Origin: Candidatus Poriferihabitaceae bacterium
GTDB lineage: Bacteria > Pseudomonadota > Gammaproteobacteria > Arenicellales > Poriferihabitantaceae
DNA length: 64,000 nt
Assembly (NCBI GenBank): GCA_965223465.1
Contig: OZ245025.1
Coordinates: 641,685 to 705,684, forward strand
Direction: 5' to 3'
Shown piece after piece: positions 60,131 through 64,000 of this stretch (positions within the stretch are counted from its first letter, which is position 1; every line of letters starts with the position of its first letter). The translations under genes and the position numbers were made by a program. The notes beneath the pieces were generated by a model that saw only the letters and a program-made list of their open reading frames with translations, had not been told where the DNA came from and made no database searches.

Positions 60131-61678
60131 CTATCTTTTCTGATTATGTAAAAGGATGTTAATCAGCCGCAGTGCAGCATTGAAAGCAGCGTAAACCTGA
60201 TTGGCGTGCAGGCCGCGAGTCTTGATCAACTTGCCGCTGGCATCTTCCCAACTGATAATGCATTCTGTGAGTGCATCAGTTTGGCCGCCCCTGGGGATAT
60301 GGACTTCATAATCAGTAAGCTCAGGCATGATAACATTGTGCTCGGGAAGGACTTTCTTGATCGCGTCAATAAAGGCATCAAAACCGCCGTTACCGCGCCC
60401 ATCTGATTGATGAACTTTTCCATTGATCTCAACTTTGATACTCACCACGGCTTCCTGATCCAGCTGACTGGCTATCGAGCAGTCTAATAGCTGGATGTGG
60501 TGGTAGTCTTTGCTTTCCAGCACGTCTGCGATGATAAAAGGTAGATCATCGGTTGAAATGCGCTGTTTGGAATCGCCCAGCTCAATGATTCTTTTCAGCA
60601 CTTTTTCCTGTTTTTCTGTCGACAAGCTCAAGCCCAGTGCCTCTAGATTTTTAGCCAGCGATGCTTTGCCGCTTAGCTTACCCAGCGCATAACTATGTTG
60701 GCGCGCGAAACGCTCTGGACTAAGCCGGGTTTTATACAAATCACCTTTTTGATCACCATCGGCGTGAATGCCTGCGGTTTGGGTAAATACATCCGCACCG
60801 ACAATTGGCGTATTGGCGGCTACTCGCTTGCCGGAGAAGTTCGCAACCAGATTACTCAGATGAACAATATGTGTCTCATCAATTGAAACATCCATCTCCA
60901 TTTTGTCTCGCAATGCCACCGCGACCTCTCCCATGGAGACATTACCCGCGCGTTCTCCCAGACAATTTACCGTACAATGAATGGTGCTGACGCCAGCACG
61001 TACGGCCGCCATGGAGTTAGCGAGCGCCAGACCGTAGTCGTTATGCGGGTGAAAATCGAATTGCAAATCGGGATAACGGCTACACATATCCTTGATGCTG
61101 ATATAGACTTCGTCGGGCGACATCACGCCCAGCGTGTCGGGAAGCATAAAGTGCGCAATACCCAGGTTTTTAAGCGCATCCAGTAAACCAAACACGTAAT
61201 TTGGGCTATCGTGATATCCATTGGACCAATCTTCCAGATAAACATTGGCTTGCAGTTGGTTTTCTAGGGCATATTCAACCGTGCGCTCTATCTCAGCGAC
61301 ATGCGCGGGTAGATCTTTACCCAATTGTTCCCAGCAATGCTTTTCGCTGCCTTTGGTGAGTAGATTGATCACCTTGCCGCCTGCCGCGCAGATCCAGTCC
61401 ACACTGCGGGTGTGATCAACAAAGCCCAGCACTTCGATTCGGTCATCAAGCCCTTTTTTATTGGCCCATTGGTTGAGGCTCGCGACAGCCAGTTGTTCAC
61501 CTTCGGATACCCGCGCGGAAGCGACTTCAATACGATCAATACGCAGTGAATTCAGTAACGCCTTGGCAATATTGACTTTTTCGGCCGGTGTGAAAGATAC
61601 GCCCTGGGTTTGTTCACCATCACGCAAGGTGGTGTCCATGAGGGCAACATGTCGGCGAGCTTGCTGTTGGGTAAGCAT
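60131..61678 (-). CDS. citramalate synthase / 2-isopropylmalate synthase family protein (CimA-like, with a LeuA-dimer regulatory domain)
   Basis: DTTLRDGEQTQGVSF...HPHNDYGLA...TVNCLGERAGN is the HMGL-like core. The C-terminal 130 aa or so resemble a regulatory domain. Confidence 0.85.
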   Translation of the reverse strand: MLTQQQARRHVALMDTTLRDGEQTQGVSFTPAEKVNIAKALLNSLRIDRIEVASARVSEGEQLAVASLNQWANKKGLDDRIEVLGFVDHTRSVDWICAAGGKVINLLTKGSEKHCWEQLGKDLPAHVAEIERTVEYALENQLQANVYLEDWSNGYHDSPNYVFGLLDALKNLGIAHFMLPDTLGVMSPDEVYISIKDMCSRYPDLQFDFHPHNDYGLALANSMAAVRAGVSTIHCTVNCLGERAGNVSMGEVAVALRDKMEMDVSIDETHIVHLSNLVANFSGKRVAANTPIVGADVFTQTAGIHADGDQKGDLYKTRLSPERFARQHSYALGKLSGKASLAKNLEALGLSLSTEKQEKVLKRIIELGDSKQRISTDDLPFIIADVLESKDYHHIQLLDCSIASQLDQEAVVSIKVEINGKVHQSDGRGNGGFDAFIDAIKKVLPEHNVIMPELTDYEVHIPRGGQTDALTECIISWEDASGKLIKTRGLHANQVYAAFNAALRLINILLHNQKR

Positions 61679-61960
61679 GGTTAGCGTCTATTTGGTTAGC
61701 ACGAACATTTAAAATGCGTCGCGCCAAAATTGAGTAGTCTGGAAATAGGGTGAGATGATACCAAATTGTGCCTTATTGTAGACTATTGCAATACAAACAA
61801 TTACGGCTTACTGACAGCTTGGCAATGTAAATGGGTTGCTTCCGACACTCTGACGAGTTAACAAAATTTTAATCAATTTTTGACGTGCGTCTAAGATTTT
61901 AGTTTTTATTTGGCATAGAGTGGCGGGTTATTCAGATGAATAGGAAGTGGGGAGGGTAAT

Positions 61961-62308
61961 ATGGCGATTAACCATGAAAAAATCGAAGATCTCTTAGCCG
62001 CGTTGGAAGATCAAAAGCGGAATCTGATTGCCGCATCATTGATCGCTAAACAGGAGTTACTGGAGGGGCTGGATACGCTTGAAGAGAAAATTGAAGATAT
62101 TGATACTGACGAGCTAAAGATGAAGCTGGTCTTGGCCAAACTCAAGGTGCTGGAAGAATTTGATGAGCTCGAGGAACGTTTTGAGCAATTGGGCGCTAAG
62201 GCCAAAGTCGTCGCCGAGGCGACAGAAGAAGAAATTCAGCAGGGCTGGCGTACTACCAAAAATATCGCGAAGGATATTGAAGAGAAGGTAAAGCAATTTT
62301 TTGCCTAG
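61961..62308 (+). CDS. hypothetical acidic coiled-coil protein
   Basis: The ORF has GGAGGG upstream and heptad-like Glu/Leu/Lys-rich sequence. No family was recognised. Confidence 0.45.
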   Translation: MAINHEKIEDLLAALEDQKRNLIAASLIAKQELLEGLDTLEEKIEDIDTDELKMKLVLAKLKVLEEFDELEERFEQLGAKAKVVAEATEEEIQQGWRTTKNIAKDIEEKVKQFFA

Positions 62309-62417
62309 GTATCGATGACCAATTCCCGTTTTCCGCATGATGCCTTGCCATAATAACAAATTAATAAGGGCATCAATTCAAAAATGATCAAAGCTACTTA
62401 AATTCGGATAAATTAAA

Positions 62418-63248
62418 ATGGGCCCTACGAAAACAGTTAAGCGTGATACCAAAAAAGTATTTTGGCAAATGGGCACTTGTTCGCGCACTTTTTTCTATTT
62501 GTTAAACCGCGAATTTGGCCACTCCATAGAGGTCGAGGAACACGCAGCCGACCCACTGGCGGGAGGTGTGATGCGCAAGGGTTTTCAGTGTGGCATGATT
62601 TGGGGCGCGGCGTTAGCGGTGGGTACGGAAGCGTATCGCAATACTAAGGATTTGGATCAAGCGGTTGAACTGGCTATTGTTACGACACAAAAGCTGGTCA
62701 CTTCGTTTAAGGAAAGGACACATACCGTCAATTGCCGAGAAATTACTGATACGGATTTTTCCAAGAAATTTCAAATGGCAAAGTATCTGTTGTTTAAAGC
62801 GAAACCCTGTTTTGACCTGGCAGAAAATTGGGCGCCTGAAGCCATAGAAGCGGCGTGCGCAGGGCTCTCTATGGAACCTGCCCGATTATCGAGAAACCCC
62901 TTGAGCTGCGCAACCGAAGTTGCCCGTAAAATGGGCGCAACAGACGAGCAAGCAGCTATGGTGGCCGGGTTTGCCGGAGGCTTAGGTTTAAGTGGTCAGG
63001 CCTGTGGCGCACTCGCCGCGGCAATCTGGATGAACAGCATGGAGTGGAGCAAAGCTCATCCCCAGAAAATGGCTACGTCGAATCCAGCAGCAGAGCGAAC
63101 GTTTAAAAAGTTTATTGAAGTCACGGGCGCTGAAGTGCTGTGTCATAAATTATGTGGACGACGTTTTAATTCCATTGACGAACATAGCGAATATATTGAG
63201 CAGGGGGGATGTGCAAAATTGATCGAGGCGCTCGCAAAAGTAACCTAA
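62418..63248 (+). CDS. C_GCAxxG_C_C family protein
   Basis: GFQCGMIWGAALA and GLSGQACGALAAA (GCAxxG-like), together with the C-terminal Cys pairs, are typical of this family. Confidence 0.75.
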   Translation: MGPTKTVKRDTKKVFWQMGTCSRTFFYLLNREFGHSIEVEEHAADPLAGGVMRKGFQCGMIWGAALAVGTEAYRNTKDLDQAVELAIVTTQKLVTSFKERTHTVNCREITDTDFSKKFQMAKYLLFKAKPCFDLAENWAPEAIEAACAGLSMEPARLSRNPLSCATEVARKMGATDEQAAMVAGFAGGLGLSGQACGALAAAIWMNSMEWSKAHPQKMATSNPAAERTFKKFIEVTGAEVLCHKLCGRRFNSIDEHSEYIEQGGCAKLIEALAKVT

Positions 63249-63494
63249 TCAACACCCTAGCTTATTTTTGAGTAACGTGGGCTTGGTAAAAAATAGAAGT
63301 AAATGGTTCGTATCGGAATTAGGATATCACGGATCAAATTATCAACTTCATAGCAAAACATTCCATACTGTTATGCCGTCGGTATAGGGTTATGTTCGCG
63401 AACTTTTAATCATACCGAAAATGCCGCCTTTTGCGTGTTGATGCTTGATCAGCTAAAATTTTTATTCTAAGCAACGATTATCAGGTAATGCACA

Positions 63495-64000
63495 ATGGTT
63501 ATTTTTGTCAGTGGGCTGGTGGGCGCAGGAAAATCAACCATTGCGAAGGCTATCGCTAAAGAAATCGGGTATCCCTGTTACGAAGTGGATAAAGTTAAGC
63601 GTGAGGTCTACCAACTCGATCCAGAGTATCAAAGAAAATACCGCGAAGGCATTCCATTTCCTAAAGCGATTCGGGCGAAAGTGTATGAGCGGGTTGCAGC
63701 TGATCTTAAGCGATTGAGAGACCAGCATGAACATATCGTGGTCGATGAGGTGCTTTATGCACGTGAATTACGTCGTAAACTGTATCAAACAGTCGAAGAC
63801 ATATTCGGTGAATTTATCATAATTTGGGTGCGGGTTGACGAAGCGATATTGTTGGATCGCCTACGCTCGCACAAGCGCGAAGGACATTTGCTGGAAGATC
63901 CCGTCCCCATGCACGAGGCGATAAGGCGTGAATTCGAAGGTTTTCATCGCAGTGTCATTGTTTGCAATAATATGGGCAAACCCGAAGACTCGATTGCCAG
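63495..64000 (+). CDS. P-loop kinase/AAA-family ATPase, partial (runs off the window end)
   Basis: ATG at 63495 gives MVIFVSGLVGAGKSTIAKAIAKEIGYPCYEVDK... (Walker A), open to position 64000. The track lists a different frame (63505-63717), which I consider spurious. Confidence 0.7.
   Translation, partial: MVIFVSGLVGAGKSTIAKAIAKEIGYPCYEVDKVKREVYQLDPEYQRKYREGIPFPKAIRAKVYERVAADLKRLRDQHEHIVVDEVLYARELRRKLYQTVEDIFGEFIIIWVRVDEAILLDRLRSHKREGHLLEDPVPMHEAIRREFEGFHRSVIVCNNMGKPEDSIA

Noticed and set aside
63505-63717. 70-aa plus-strand ORF and the 66-aa minus-strand ORF (63534-63734) from the track.
   Set aside because: A different plus frame starting at 63495 encodes a clear Walker-A protein (GLVGAGKST) and is open to the window end. 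The listed ORFs are out-of-frame shadows.

Overview
The window looks like gammaproteobacterial chromosome. All family calls come from reading motifs in the translations; no searches were run. Most of it is core metabolism and housekeeping:
- ppdK sits divergent from aprM-aprB-aprA (APS reductase with its membrane anchor).
- An ArsR/methyltransferase-metF-metH operon.
- rplU-rpmA-obg-proB.
- A CpxP/Spy-like gene followed by an OmpR-type two-component pair.
- A tetR-frmA-frmB operon divergent from an SBP56/methanethiol-oxidase (mtoX-like) gene, a SCO1-MauG fusion and a SCO1 gene.
- prk, proS, tatABC, hisBHAFIE, an Hsp20 gene, ratA, and smpB-ssrA (tmRNA).

The notable region is an AT-rich accessory island at about 9.2-19.0 kb. 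It holds a minus-strand integron-type gene-cassette array with six recognisable attC sites, giving five complete cassettes and one truncated cassette. No integron integrase is present in the window. The cassettes encode:
- a truncated Abi/UG-type reverse transcriptase;
- an orphan lipoprotein;
- an orphan membrane protein;
- a translationally coupled pair of a small acidic protein and an SDH/ClpP-fold serine protease;
- an HNH nuclease with an unrecognised N-terminal domain;
- an Mrr-like restriction enzyme.

On its integrase-proximal side the array is cut by an IS21-family element. That element has perfect 26-bp terminal inverted repeats and no target-site duplication, and its other end abuts a 5'-clipped DUF2063 gene. 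This pattern suggests an IS-mediated rearrangement.

The best candidate for an undescribed system is the acidic-protein/protease cassette, followed by the other uncharacterised cassettes, as possible anti-phage functions.
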